The notes beneath the pieces were generated by a model. The model searched no databases and was not told where the DNA came from. It worked only from the letters and a program-made list of their open reading frames with translations. This document shows positions 25,501-36,190 of a stretch of DNA of 64,000 bases, one piece after another. The DNA comes from Podarcis gaigeae (lineage: Eukaryota): NCBI GenBank assembly GCA_964106915.2, contig OZ066916.1; one strand, 5' to 3'. Numbering within the stretch: the first letter of the stretch is position 1; each line of letters starts with the position of its first letter. A program made the translations under genes and the position numbers.

Positions 25501-28500
25501 ACATTCGAGCTTTCCCACCTATCTATTCTTGCCATAGTCCATCATGCTCCCAGAAAAGTCACCTGCTTTCTTCAGAATGCCATTCCACTGCAGTAGGATG
25601 ACAGCTGTAAATCATGGATTCAAGTCTATGTACCTCAAAACCCTCAGTTCTTACCTTTTTTTCTATTCCACTGAAGAACTGGAACATAGTTATGTTGGCA
25701 GGAGGCTTGGACATGCCCAAAGCAATACATATTCCTTTCAGCTCCTGAAAGACTTCACTACCACTCCCCTCCTGGGCTTTTTTGGGAGGAGCATTCACAC
25801 AGAGCATTCTGGCAGCTTCCAGTTCTGAGATGAGGTATGCTGAAGGAAGAAAAGCTACAATTTAGCACCTTTTAACAAATATCTGCCTTGGTTAGCTGTG
25901 AACATAAAGGAAACTATTCTGGATTCCATAACATATTTATATTAACCGAATGAGAGGTGAGGTTCAGATAAGACAAGGATCTAAAAAACAGACTACCAAG
26001 TGGCAGGTCTGCTAAGGGTAACAGTGCTCAAGCAAGCATGGCATGCCTTTGCAGAATGTGATTTATTAATTTAGATATTTAGACATTGCTTTTAAAGCAA
26101 ATCTCACAAAGTAGTTTACATAAGAATATGGTAGAGCGTGAGACTTTTAATCTCAGGGTTATGGGTTCAAGCGCAATGCTGGGCAAAAGATTCCTGCATT
26201 GTAGGGGGTTGGACTAGATGACTCTTGTGGTCCTTTCCAATTCTATGATTCTATTAACATAAATATCAATTAAAACTCTGTACTAAGACAGCACAGACAA
26301 AGCACAAATAGGGGTGGGGGGAAGCTAGATCTCTCCCAAGAGCAGGATGGTTCTTAAGTAGCTAGGGTGAGCTGCTATTCCTTCATGTTTACTACATCAC
26401 TTCTGAATGAGATGTCTTTTCACTTTCAAATGCTGACAAAGTTTGTTCATAACAAGCAAAGAGAAAAAATGCTTGGTGGTTGTTGTTTTTACTTGGACAG
26501 TTTCCAATACAATACAGACGATATGAATCCAAAGCTTCAACAGATCCGACTATATTCTTTTTCTAAATATCGTCGTATCATAAGTTCTCAAGAAGCATCA
26601 GCAAAAGGACAAGTGTCCTAGTTATCTCCACAGTGGCACAAAAAGGAACAAAAAGATTTTGTTATTTTCAACTTACTGAGCAGCAGCAGGCAGTTCTTCT
26701 GATTGAGAAGGCGCTTGGTGACATCTCCTGATATTAGTGTTGTATATGGGCAGTTCATTTCACCCAGCAACCCACTCATTTCAAGCTGGAACTCATCTGC
26801 TTCGGTGGGACCTTAAGACACAGAACATTTTCATTTAAGAGGTTCAACTATTAACTCTTTGCCACGAGTTAAGACAAAGTTATATTATGAACAGACTGCT
26901 TCCATACATGTTATCAAGATTCACGGTTGAAGATTAAAATAGCCTATTTTCTTTTTTTAAAAACCCAAAAAATATTATTAACATTTCGAACATAAGAACT
27001 CAGGTGATACAGAATGGCAAAAATAGTGTATTCAAATGAACACTTTAAAAAAGCTCACTTGTACGAAATATAGCGGAAGACAACTAGTAAAATTGATTCC
27101 ATGGGTATGTAGGCAAAAACAGAATGTGGCATTGGGCACAGTATTCAGCTTCCTGAAAAGTTCAACTTGCATATGAAAAAGCTTTTACATCAGTTTTGGA
27201 AGCATCTATACCAGCACATGTTTTCAGAGCTAATAGGAAAGAAACAAATAAATCAATGGTGTCAGACTCATGATTACTCACTGTTAGTCGCTTGCACATT
27301 TTCTTCTAGTTTGCAAAATAGCCTTAACTCTGACACCAGCCAAGCACAGAGTTTAGTATATTCAGGGGAACTGGCCCCCCCAGAAGCTGCCTGGGTCAGA
27401 GCACCGTCTTCTAACAATGGGCCTTTATAACTGACAAACAAACAAAAATAAGAACATGTTATTAAAAGCCACTGTACAATTTCTGAGGTATGCAATCCAT
27501 GCATATTTGGTGATAACACCACTAACACTTCAATATATTTATCTGGAACACCAATGATTTCAAAGGTACTTCCTTCAAGTTAGCATGCTTTGAATTGAAG
27601 TCTATATCCACATCAGAATCTTTAATTTTTTTGCTCACAATCTTCCCTTGATATAATTATCTCTCTCATTCTTTCTTCTCCCTAATGTTTGATGCCCTTG
27701 CCTCTTTCTCCCTTTGGTCCTTCCTCTGCTGATCCTTGCCCTTGCAAAGTTTAGATTATAAGCTCCTTGGAGCAAGGAACTGTCCTCTTTTTGTCAGCTG
27801 CTGGATTGCATTTAGACTGGAGATGTAAGATACATCTAAACAACAATAAAAGTACAGTAGTGAAGATAAGGGGAAAATATACATTCATTTTTGGCTGCAC
27901 TAGCATGCTACTTCTCCCCACTGCCACGTCTCTGAACAACAGAATCAAGGAGAGAATTCAAAGAACTGGTGCAGATGTTTTGGGACAACTGCCCAGCCAG
28001 CCATAACAATGCCAAAGAGATAAGCCCCTGTTCTGCTTTAAAAGCAGCTTTTCTCTTTCAAACTGGGAACCACTGTACTCACAGTACTACCCCATTCATG
28101 CACTTTCAGCACTTCTTTGGATCCCAATCCAGTTCTTTACTGAATAATGCAAACAAATTTGTTTTTGAGAACACATATGATAAAATTCCTTACCGTTCAT
28201 AGTGTATTATCTATTACTACTATTTACAGAAAACTCAGAAGATTTGCAACAGTAAGCAAAATCCTCTGTTGCAGGCATTTAAAAATTTTATGCAGCAGGT
28301 ATTTCTAAATATATGCTAGCTTATCATCTTTTTTTTCCTGAAAAGCCAAACAAATCAAATCAAAACCTCCCCTCCCCACCTCCAAGCAACTCCCACCCCC
28401 CCACAACACTTCAAGAATTTAGTGATGATTACAAAACTAAAGTGATTGCCCCACAAAACACGGAGCACGGGGGTGAGGACACATAACAACCCCCCCAAAA

Positions 28501-28616
28501 AAAAACTTTTTTTAAAAAAATCCAAAGTTAAAGTTATTTACACATATTTGCTCTCATACATACCCGAGGTCTTCCAGAGACTCTAGGATGTCATTCTCCA
28601 TGAGCTCAAACTCCAT
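18753..28616 (-). CDS. FAM98A: FAM98A (tRNA-ligase-complex-associated RGG protein), complete, 554 aa; join complement 28564-28616,27282-27430,26677-26811,25655-25839,24051-24131,22359-22475,21377-21544,18753-19529
   Basis: Eight exons (53,149,135,185,81,117,168,777 nt = 1665 nt) join in frame from MEFELMENDILESLEDLGYKGPLLEDGAL to FEQHFQHGGYQYNQSGFGQGRHFTS*. The long RGG/YGG tail and the position next to RASGRP3 indicate paralogue A. Confidence 0.97.
20989..21122. mobile_element. Palindromic hAT MITE (ACTACAACTCCC core family)
   Basis: cagagttctttaacc / ggttgaagaaccctg termini; TSD ctctctgc / ctctgtgc. Confidence 0.8.
21377..21544 (-). CDS. FAM98A: FAM98A coding exon 7
   Basis: SQTEKLAKVYQPKRATLTTKCAISVAHLLAARQDLSKIMRTSSGSIREKTACAINK; cacag / gtacct. 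Confidence 0.95.
22359..22475 (-). CDS. FAM98A: FAM98A coding exon 6
   Basis: EKIEAINQAIANEYEVRRKLLVKRLDVTVQSFGWSDRAK; ttcag / gtacag. Confidence 0.95.
23227..23694. mobile_element. Tc2/pogo-like non-autonomous element
   Basis: TA|ccgtatttttcgccccataggacgcac ... gtgtcctataggacgaaaaatacgg|TA; CpG-rich interior suggests a young copy. Confidence 0.85.
24051..24131 (-). CDS. FAM98A: FAM98A coding exon 5
   Basis: LKETLAKVPANHVGKPLLSKPLGPVHW; tacag / gtaagt. Confidence 0.95.
25655..25839 (-). CDS. FAM98A: FAM98A coding exon 4
   Basis: YLISELEAARMLCVNAPPKKAQEGSGSEVFQELKGICIALGMSKPPANITMFQFFSGIEKK; ttcag / gtaaga. Confidence 0.95.
26129..26254 (+). mobile_element. tRNA-Lys-derived SINE with CR1-type 3' tail
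   Basis: Head tggtagagcgtgagacttttaatctcagggttatgggttcaagc; tail ggactagatgactcttgtggtcctttccaattctatgattcta. Confidence 0.8.
26677..26811 (-). CDS. FAM98A: FAM98A coding exon 3
   Basis: PTEADEFQLEMSGLLGEMNCPYTTLISGDVTKRLLNQKNCLLLL; ttaag acceptor / gtaagt. Confidence 0.93.
27282..27430 (-). CDS. FAM98A: FAM98A coding exon 2
   Basis: YKGPLLEDGALTQAASGGASSPEYTKLCAWLVSELRLFCKLEENVQATN; gtcag / gtgagt. Confidence 0.95.
28564..28616 (-). CDS. FAM98A: FAM98A first coding exon (MEFELMENDILESLEDLG)
   Basis: gaaATGG start, gtatgt donor. Confidence 0.93.
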
Positions 28617-28699
28617 TTCCGGGGCTTCAGAATGAGCACAAAAGAAAAAGGGGGCTGGAAAAACCTAGAACCTGCAATTAAGAAACCCAGACTCGGTTA

Positions 28700-29600
28700 G
28701 CAACGCCTGAGAGAATGCAGCGGTCACCATCATGACTGGCGCAGAGTGGCTTGAATGCCCTGCTCGCCTCACGGTTCGCCTGTAGAGGGGGAGATCGAGC
28801 TCGCCCCACACAGACCTGCCCCCCACACCAGGAACAGCCCCACTGAATGCCCGACCACCGACCCCCCCTTCCCAGGCGACACTGTCCTAGCGGTGGGCAG
28901 GCGTTCAGGGGCTCCTGCTTCCGTTAAGAACTGGCTCTGGCCTGCCTGGCCCCCACCTCCCCGCCCTACTGAGGGGCGCCGTTACATCCCGCCCAGCAGC
29001 GCCCCAAACCCCCTACCCCGCAACCTACCTTTCGCGCAGCTGCTCCGCCGCCGACTGCTGGGTTGGCATGTCAGGAGCTGGGGGAAGGGCGAGGAGAGGG
29101 GGAAGGCCCCCTTTGCCTGACCTTTCACCTCACGAGGGGGGGCGCCGCCAATCTCGCCTGATTGAAAAAAATGCTCCGCTCTACGCCTTGAAAACCCTCC
29201 TATTCCCTCACACTCTGCCTCTAACGGTTCATATTGGTCTAAGAAAGCCTCTCTTTTTATCCCTTAACGCAGGAAGTTATATTTCAGAGCGTCAATAAAT
29301 ATTTTCTTCAGGCACAACTGTTGGACAGCCCTAAGAGGACTTTCTCGCTTTCCCTTTCCTATCTCTATATAAAGGAACCACGTTGGGGGAGAAAAAAAAC
29401 CCTGGGCCTGAAAGGAGGAGGAGTGGACGGTGTGGGGGAAGGGACAAACTACTTCAAGAGGCGGGCGTTTCCGCTTTGTGAAACTGCACGAACCAGCATG
29501 CAATGGTTCACCTTTCGCTATTCTCCTAGCCGTTAAGCGTTTATGGAAGCTGCGCTGAAGCAGCAAATATCGGCGCCCTCGTGAGAAATAGAATCTTTTC
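28700..29600 (-). promoter_or_regulatory. FAM98A CpG-rich promoter and probable non-coding first exon (donor AAG|gtaggt after 29029, acceptor ttgcag before 28671)
   Basis: CpG/GC enrichment directly upstream of the start codon; CCAAT motifs near 29148 and 29233; GGAAGT near 29272. Confidence 0.7.
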
Positions 29601-31811
29601 TAGTTATTGAGGATTGCTGAAGCATGATGAAAATAGTATAGAGTGGCGGCCAACAATAGCTATTGCAAATTACCACTTTCAGCCCCGAAAAGTGGTAATT
29701 TTGCAGTAGCCATTACTACTTTTGCAAACTGAGGAATAAAAGTATGACACAGGGTCTTCTCAGGAGCACAAAAAGTAGATGAACAGGTTAAATTGTTCCA
29801 GGACTGTACCACTTCAGACTGCAGGTGTGATAATCAGGAAAGAGAGGAAGGCCTTGCCCACTGACCTCCCTAGCGCAGTGCTGCTGACATTGCAATGTGT
29901 CCACTCAGAAATAAGCCACGCTGCCTTCTAGCAGTCTTATTCCCAGGTAAGCAAGCATAGGATTCCAGCCTGCCTAAGCCTTCCATTTATAGCCAGCCAG
30001 CCTGTAGGATGGTGAAAAAAGAGACGCAAGGCCCGTTTCCATCCACTGTATTTTATTTTTCTTTTGCTAGTCACACATCTTATGAAAACAGGATTGCAAT
30101 AGAGATCAAGGTTAAGGAGAACAGATAGCCATTTCTTTAACATGCAAACAGGGAACCTGTGACTTTTCAGATGTTGGACTCCCATCAGCCCCAGCCAGCT
30201 AAGGCAAAGGTCAGGAATGATGGGAGTCCAACAACCAGTCTTTGCTCCATGTTAGATTCTATGTGTGAATCCCACCCCCAAATTAATTCAACCTACCTCA
30301 AAGGGTTGTTGTGAGGATAGGTGAAGAACCATGTACACCACCATGAACTCCTTGGAGCAAAGTCAGGCTATAACTGTAAAATATATCTGCCTTGCATAAT
30401 CCAGTAGCAATTTTAGTGCTTTATTTCTTTGCACTATTACTCCCTGCCCCCACCATTGATGACCACTGTATCTCATTCTGCCAGCTTCGCCCATCTTCCT
30501 CCTGTCATGGTTTATAAAGTGAGAACTGTTAAATGATAATTGTTTTATGTGAGTTTGCTAAATAACATAGGTGGTGTATGAATACTTCATTTTGTTTATG
30601 GCAAGAAAACTGTCTCTGCAAGGAAAAATGGGGTTTGCCCAGCAGTGCTTCTTAGCCGATCAAAGGGTTGATCCCAGGTAAGAAAGCAGCTACAGCAGAA
30701 ATGAGACAACTCAAAGCTCTCAATGCTACTGTTCTTTAGGAAAGGGCAAATGCTATCTAGTTGAGCCCTGAGAGACTAGCTGAAAAGGTGCTTCATGGTA
30801 TATGTTTGAAAAGGAACCAGTAAGTTCACAAATGTTCTAAGATAAACTGTAAAATGCCACTTTGAGCTCAAACAAAATGTGCCACAAACATGCTTTAGAC
30901 ACAACTTGGGTGAAAAGATATAGTGGGCAAAGAAGAATTTGTAGCCCTGAATAACTGGCCTGCTCCAAAGGCTTTATGCAAAATATAAAACTGAGGGGTG
31001 GGGGTGGGCAGTGCAGCAAGTTTTCTGGACAATACAGAAAATCTACCACATGGGTAGGATGAGGCTGGACTCACACCAGAGAGACCTAAACAACCAAGTG
31101 ATCTAGATATGATTTGGCATTGAACCAGAAGACCTCAGGTTTATATGGCTGCAGTTGGCCATCCCAAACTGCAGAATGATGCCACTTGCAGAGGTACTGC
31201 CTTGTCACATTTTCAGATTTAGATTGTGGAAGATAACTTTATCCAAGATCTGTTAAATCAGCTAGCAGAATCAGAACCTCTCTTCTTTGGCATGATGTCA
31301 TTTTGGAGCAATCAAAGTGCTGGTGAGAGGCTGTTGGAAGGTAACTTTTCCAGCTCTCCAAGAAGCTTCTCTGAGTGAAACTCCTGAATAGGAAACAGAA
31401 TCACAAAAAAAATAGGCATCCTTCTCACAGGAGGTGCTTCTGTCTGCTTTTTAGACATCCACAACTTTGCATGAACCATTCTTCACCCATTCAGGAGTGT
31501 TTCCCAACCCTCAGAATGTTTTTTGAGGAACTTGGAAAACTGCTGAGAGCAAGAGAAGTTGGGGAAGTAATAATCTAAGAAAAAGGAGATTCATAAGATA
31601 TACTGCCCCACTACCCTGGCTGGATCACACCAAAGGCCTATCCAGCATTCTGTTTTGTAGCCAGCCTATGGGAAGCTCACAAGCAAGGAATGAGCACAAC
31701 AGCATGCACCCTTCTTTCCTACTCATGCTTCCTGGAGATTCATTTTCAGAAGCATCAGACTAGATACAGTGGCAGTCAATTCCATTGTTAAACTGAATGC
31801 TGTTTGAAGTA

Positions 31812-32023
31812 CAGTGGTACTTCAGGTTAAGTACTTAATTCGTTCTGGAGGTTCGTTCTTAACCTGAAGCACCACTTTAGCTTATGGGGCCTCCTGCTGC
31901 TGCTGCCGCACCGCCAGAGCACGATTTCTGTTCTCATCCTGAAGCAAAGTTCTTAACCCGAGGTACTATTTTTGGGTTAGCGGAGTCTGTAACCTGAAGT
32001 GTATGTAACCCGAGGTACCACTG
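31812..32023. mobile_element. Tc1/mariner (Tigger-like) MITE between CR1-like remnants
   Basis: TA|cagtggtacttcaggtta ... taacccgaggtaccactg|TA. Confidence 0.87.
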
Positions 32024-32755
32024 TACTTCCTTTTGTCTGTCCTGAATCTCTCACCATTCAACTTTAATGGTTGATCCCAGAGTTTAGTATTATGGGAGAC
32101 CTATCCACCTTTTCTACAGCACCATGCATGGCATGCTTTGGCAACCCCATGCTTCCCTGAATCCAAGCATCATTTTTAAAACAATTGCTAGACAGGCTTC
32201 ATGAAATAGTGACTGGAAGCCCTGTATCAATCAGATCCTGGTTTAACATTTGGATTTTTAATCAGTTTTCACATTGAGATAAGGACACTTGGTGCTTTGC
32301 ACTGAAATAAAGTTAATTATGTAATTCAGGGCTGGGGGTGGGGGGAATTGCTCTCCAGAAGTTGTTGAACTACCACTCCCATAATCTCTTACAAACTCTG
32401 GCCATGTTGGCCAGGGCTGATATAAGTTGTAGTCCAACATTTGGGGCTGCAGGTACCTCGCACTGATGTAGGTACTAATAAAAGTTACTGAAATAATTTC
32501 ATGGTGCAAAAAGAAAACCCAGACACCAGAGTAATTTTACAATAAGCATTTTAATGTATTTGTTTAAAATACAGTGATTTGACACACATTTCAGTGATGT
32601 TACCAGAAATTTTATAGTAACAGGTAACTACGGATAATTACCTTCATTTTTGTTATCTACCTCTTTTTCTTTTACATTATGAAGCTCACCTGAAATATTC
32701 CACTCCAGTATACCTTCAGGATAGGAAGAACTGGGCAGGAAAACTCCCCCCAGCC

Positions 32756-32786
<31 letters not shown>

Positions 32787-34879
32787 ACACAGTTCATGCA
32801 AATAAATACCAACCTTGTTATTGTTAGATCTGTTCAAATATTCTCAGGAAGTATCAGAATTGCTCAAATAAACTAGAAATAAAGGGTGGTCATCAAGAGT
32901 GAAAACTTTACATATTTATCAAATCATTGCTTTTTGCCCTGTCATTACCCTTGTTTTATTTTGTCTATGCTAGAGGCTTCTGCTGTGCAACCCTCCCCAA
33001 GGCTTCTCTAGAATGGAATGCCAAGGTCTCTTGCAAAAGTACTGGCTGGTCACAACATAAAAATTACTTTGCTCCCGAGGCCTGAAATGCATACAGGATT
33101 GCCCTGTTGCCATACTTTTAAAAACAGCATCTTGGAAGTTACTTAAAATACTTTCCCCCCCACCCACCCCCATTCTAATATTGCCAGGTATTTTGGCAAC
33201 CAGTCTTATTTCTGTTCCACTAACCTTTGTTCAGCTGCTGACTTTTCAACTAAATGTTAAAAAAGATGCAGAGGACTTCCTCCCAGTGTTAAAGCTAAAA
33301 CCTTGAGAATTAGCATTGTGCTTTGCTTGTTCCGATGGTGTTGGATTTTTTTTTTTGCGCTGGGAAAAGATAACTTTAATGCATGGAAACTGCCAGTAGC
33401 TTCTCCAGGTATATTATTTTTTAAAAGCTGGAGTGAGGGTGGAGATGCAAAATCCCTATCCATTGAAGAATGCAAGCCCCGCCCCTAACTTTTAAAAATT
33501 GTAAATGTCAGACACCAGCAGGAGGAAGAATGTGTTGTTCTTTAAGTGCTCTCAAGAGACACTAATCAGGGGGTAGTCAATGCAGTGCCCTCCAAATGTT
33601 GTTTACAGCTACCATCACTCCTAAGTACAGGCCATGCTGGCTGAGAGCTACAGTTCAAAACACCTGAAAAGCACTACATTGGACCTCCATGCAGTAACCA
33701 ACAGGCTCCCCTGCAATTAGGGCAGTGAGGGAGGGGAAGGCACACTAATTCAGCAGCTAACGGGCAAGATCCCAGGAACGATTCAACAAGTTGCGAAACA
33801 TCATCAGGATCTGACGCAAATCACTATGACTGCATATGCACCATACATTTAAAGCACACACCTGAAGAATCGTAAGAACAGTAGTTTGAGAAGAGTGCTG
33901 GGAATTGTAGCTCCATGAGGTGCAAACTACAGTTCCAAGGGTGGGTGGGTGGGTGTGCTCGAAATGGTTTGTGTACACAGGTCTAAATCACTCTAATGTG
34001 ATAAACAACCTCATGTCTAGGAAGACTTAGAATGATATCCAACGTTAGTCATACTCAAGACTCAATGGAAAAAATGAATTAACATAGCTTGTTTGCTCTT
34101 TAACTACCTGTACTTTCTAATCTAAGGACTCAGCTATACAGCTGCAAATAAAACACATTGTGTTTTAAGTGCAATATACAATGTTACACTAGATAGCACT
34201 AGTGAGCCTTATACTAAATTCAATGTATTTAAAAATATTTTTTTTAAAAAAAAGCATTTTCAGAACGATTTTTATATTTGTGTAGATTCCACCTAAGAGC
34301 CCTGAAAAATATCTATACAAATATTTATTTGCCCCCAAGTATTTAAAATTTAATTCTCAAATCTAAGCAAATGCTTGGTGTTAGTAAAGTGGCCGATGAC
34401 CACTTAAATCAAATGTAGCAACACACTAATGCACATGTATTATGCAATCACATTCCATGAGAATCTTCTTATTCAGATGAGAATAAAAAATGTGCCAGAG
34501 AACAATACCCATAATATTCAAGAGGCTACTTATATCCCTCAATGCAACTATGCCATTGTCTCCCCAACTAACAGGAAGAATCCCAGATCCGTAACAAAAA
34601 AGACAACACTGTAGATGCATGTGTATGTTAATAACCTGAAACAATTTATTCTGAATCCCTAGAACTTAATTCAGCTTGCATAAATTTAAACATTAACCTT
34701 CACTGAAGTTGCAGAAAACTACCTCAATGATCTTTGTTTACTAAGGTAGCTGGTGACCAGATATATTTTCTAGTGCTTACAAGAAAATTAAATTGTATTT
34801 GACAAGAAAAGTTTACATGTGTCACTACACCTGTACACAACCAGCTGCCTGTATACCACACAATTTCTACCCTTTTCTA

Positions 34880-36190
34880 GGACCAGAAAAAGTTTGTCCT
34901 GAAACTTCCAGCATTTGGCTTCATTGGATGGTCAAAATTATAGAATGGAGTTTTTCTTCCTACCATACATGATTTTCTACATCCTTATCATCACTTCTTG
35001 GCCTTTTGGATAAGATCAAGTGTACTCACCTCTTTTCTAAAATAAAGAGCCCTGGATGTTGTTAACCTTTCCTTATGCAGTTGTTCCAGTCCCTTGATCC
35101 AATTTGGTTGCCTTTTTCTGAACCTTTTCCAACTTGAGGTGACCAAAACTGCACACAGTATTTCAAGTGTGGTCTCACCAGATATGTATAACATTATATT
35201 GGCAGTTTTAAAGATCCCGAACGTGGACATCACTTTTGCCATTTGGTTCACGCTTATCCTCTATGTGTCTCCTTCCTGGGCAGTCACTGAAAATTCAGGT
35301 GCCATTAGCATATATATAGTACTTAAAAGTATGATCTCTCTGCACCTTACTTTGAATTGCATTTGCCATCTTACTGCCCATTCACCCAGTTTGGAGATCC
35401 TTTTGGAACTGCCTGCAATTCTTTTTAGCCACATTGAACAATTTGCTATCAGCAGCAAACCTGGCTACCTCCCTGATCAACCCAAACTCTAGATCATTAT
35501 TGAATACATTAAGAAGTACAGGTCCCATACTGATCCTTTGGAATCCTCCATTGGGAGAACTGTCCATTTAACAGACATGAAATGAGAGGTCCTCTTATGG
35601 ATCAGGAATTGGTTAAGTAGCAAGAAGCACAGAGTAAGAATAAATGGACATTTATTCTTACTCTGTGCTTCTTGCTACTTAACCAATTCCTGATCCATAA
35701 GAGGACCTCTCATTTCATGTCTGTTACGCTTACTCAGGAGTCTTTGGTGAGATACTTTATCAAAAGCTTTTTAGAAGTTTAAGTACACAGTATCAACCGG
35801 GTCACCTCAACCAATATGCTTGTTGACACTCTCAGAGAACTCTAGAATGTTTAGACAGGACTTACCCTTGCAGAAGTCATGCTGGTTTTGTTTCAACAAC
35901 TCTTGTACTTTTATATACCTCACAATTCTATCTTTAATAATGCTTTCCACCAATTTTTCTGGAACAGATGTTAAGCTAACTGGCCTGTTATTTCCCACAT
36001 TCCTCCCACCGCCAAAAAAAAAAAAAAAGTTGGCTACTTTATAATCCTCAGAGTGTGTCTGATCTTAGGAACTGTATTTTTGTTAAAAGACCAGCAATTT
36101 CACATTTGAAATCTTTTAAGAAATGCCAGGCAGATGCCACCCAGACCCTGTGATTAGTTAATTTTTGTTAATAAGGACAATCCCTTGTCA
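34880..36190 (-). mobile_element. Degraded CR1 LINE ORF2 (reverse transcriptase) fragment
   Basis: NRPVSLTSVPEKLVESIIKDRI...QHDFCKGKSC, GPVLLNVFNNDLE...RFAADSKL, LGEWAVRWQMQF; several frameshifts. Confidence 0.92.
35569..35726. repeat. Perfect 78-bp inverted repeat with 2-nt spacer
   Basis: 35569-35646 is the exact reverse complement of 35649-35726. Confidence 0.97.

Noticed and set aside
26129-26185. tRNA-Lys-like sequence (another fragment at about 43982-44025)
   Set aside because: Lacks an intact acceptor stem and runs into a CR1-type tail, so it is a SINE head and not a tRNA gene.
31223-31340. Open AG/GT-bounded segment on + (IVEDNFIQDLLNQLAESEPLFFG...)
   Set aside because: No recognisable homology and no partner exons could be joined.
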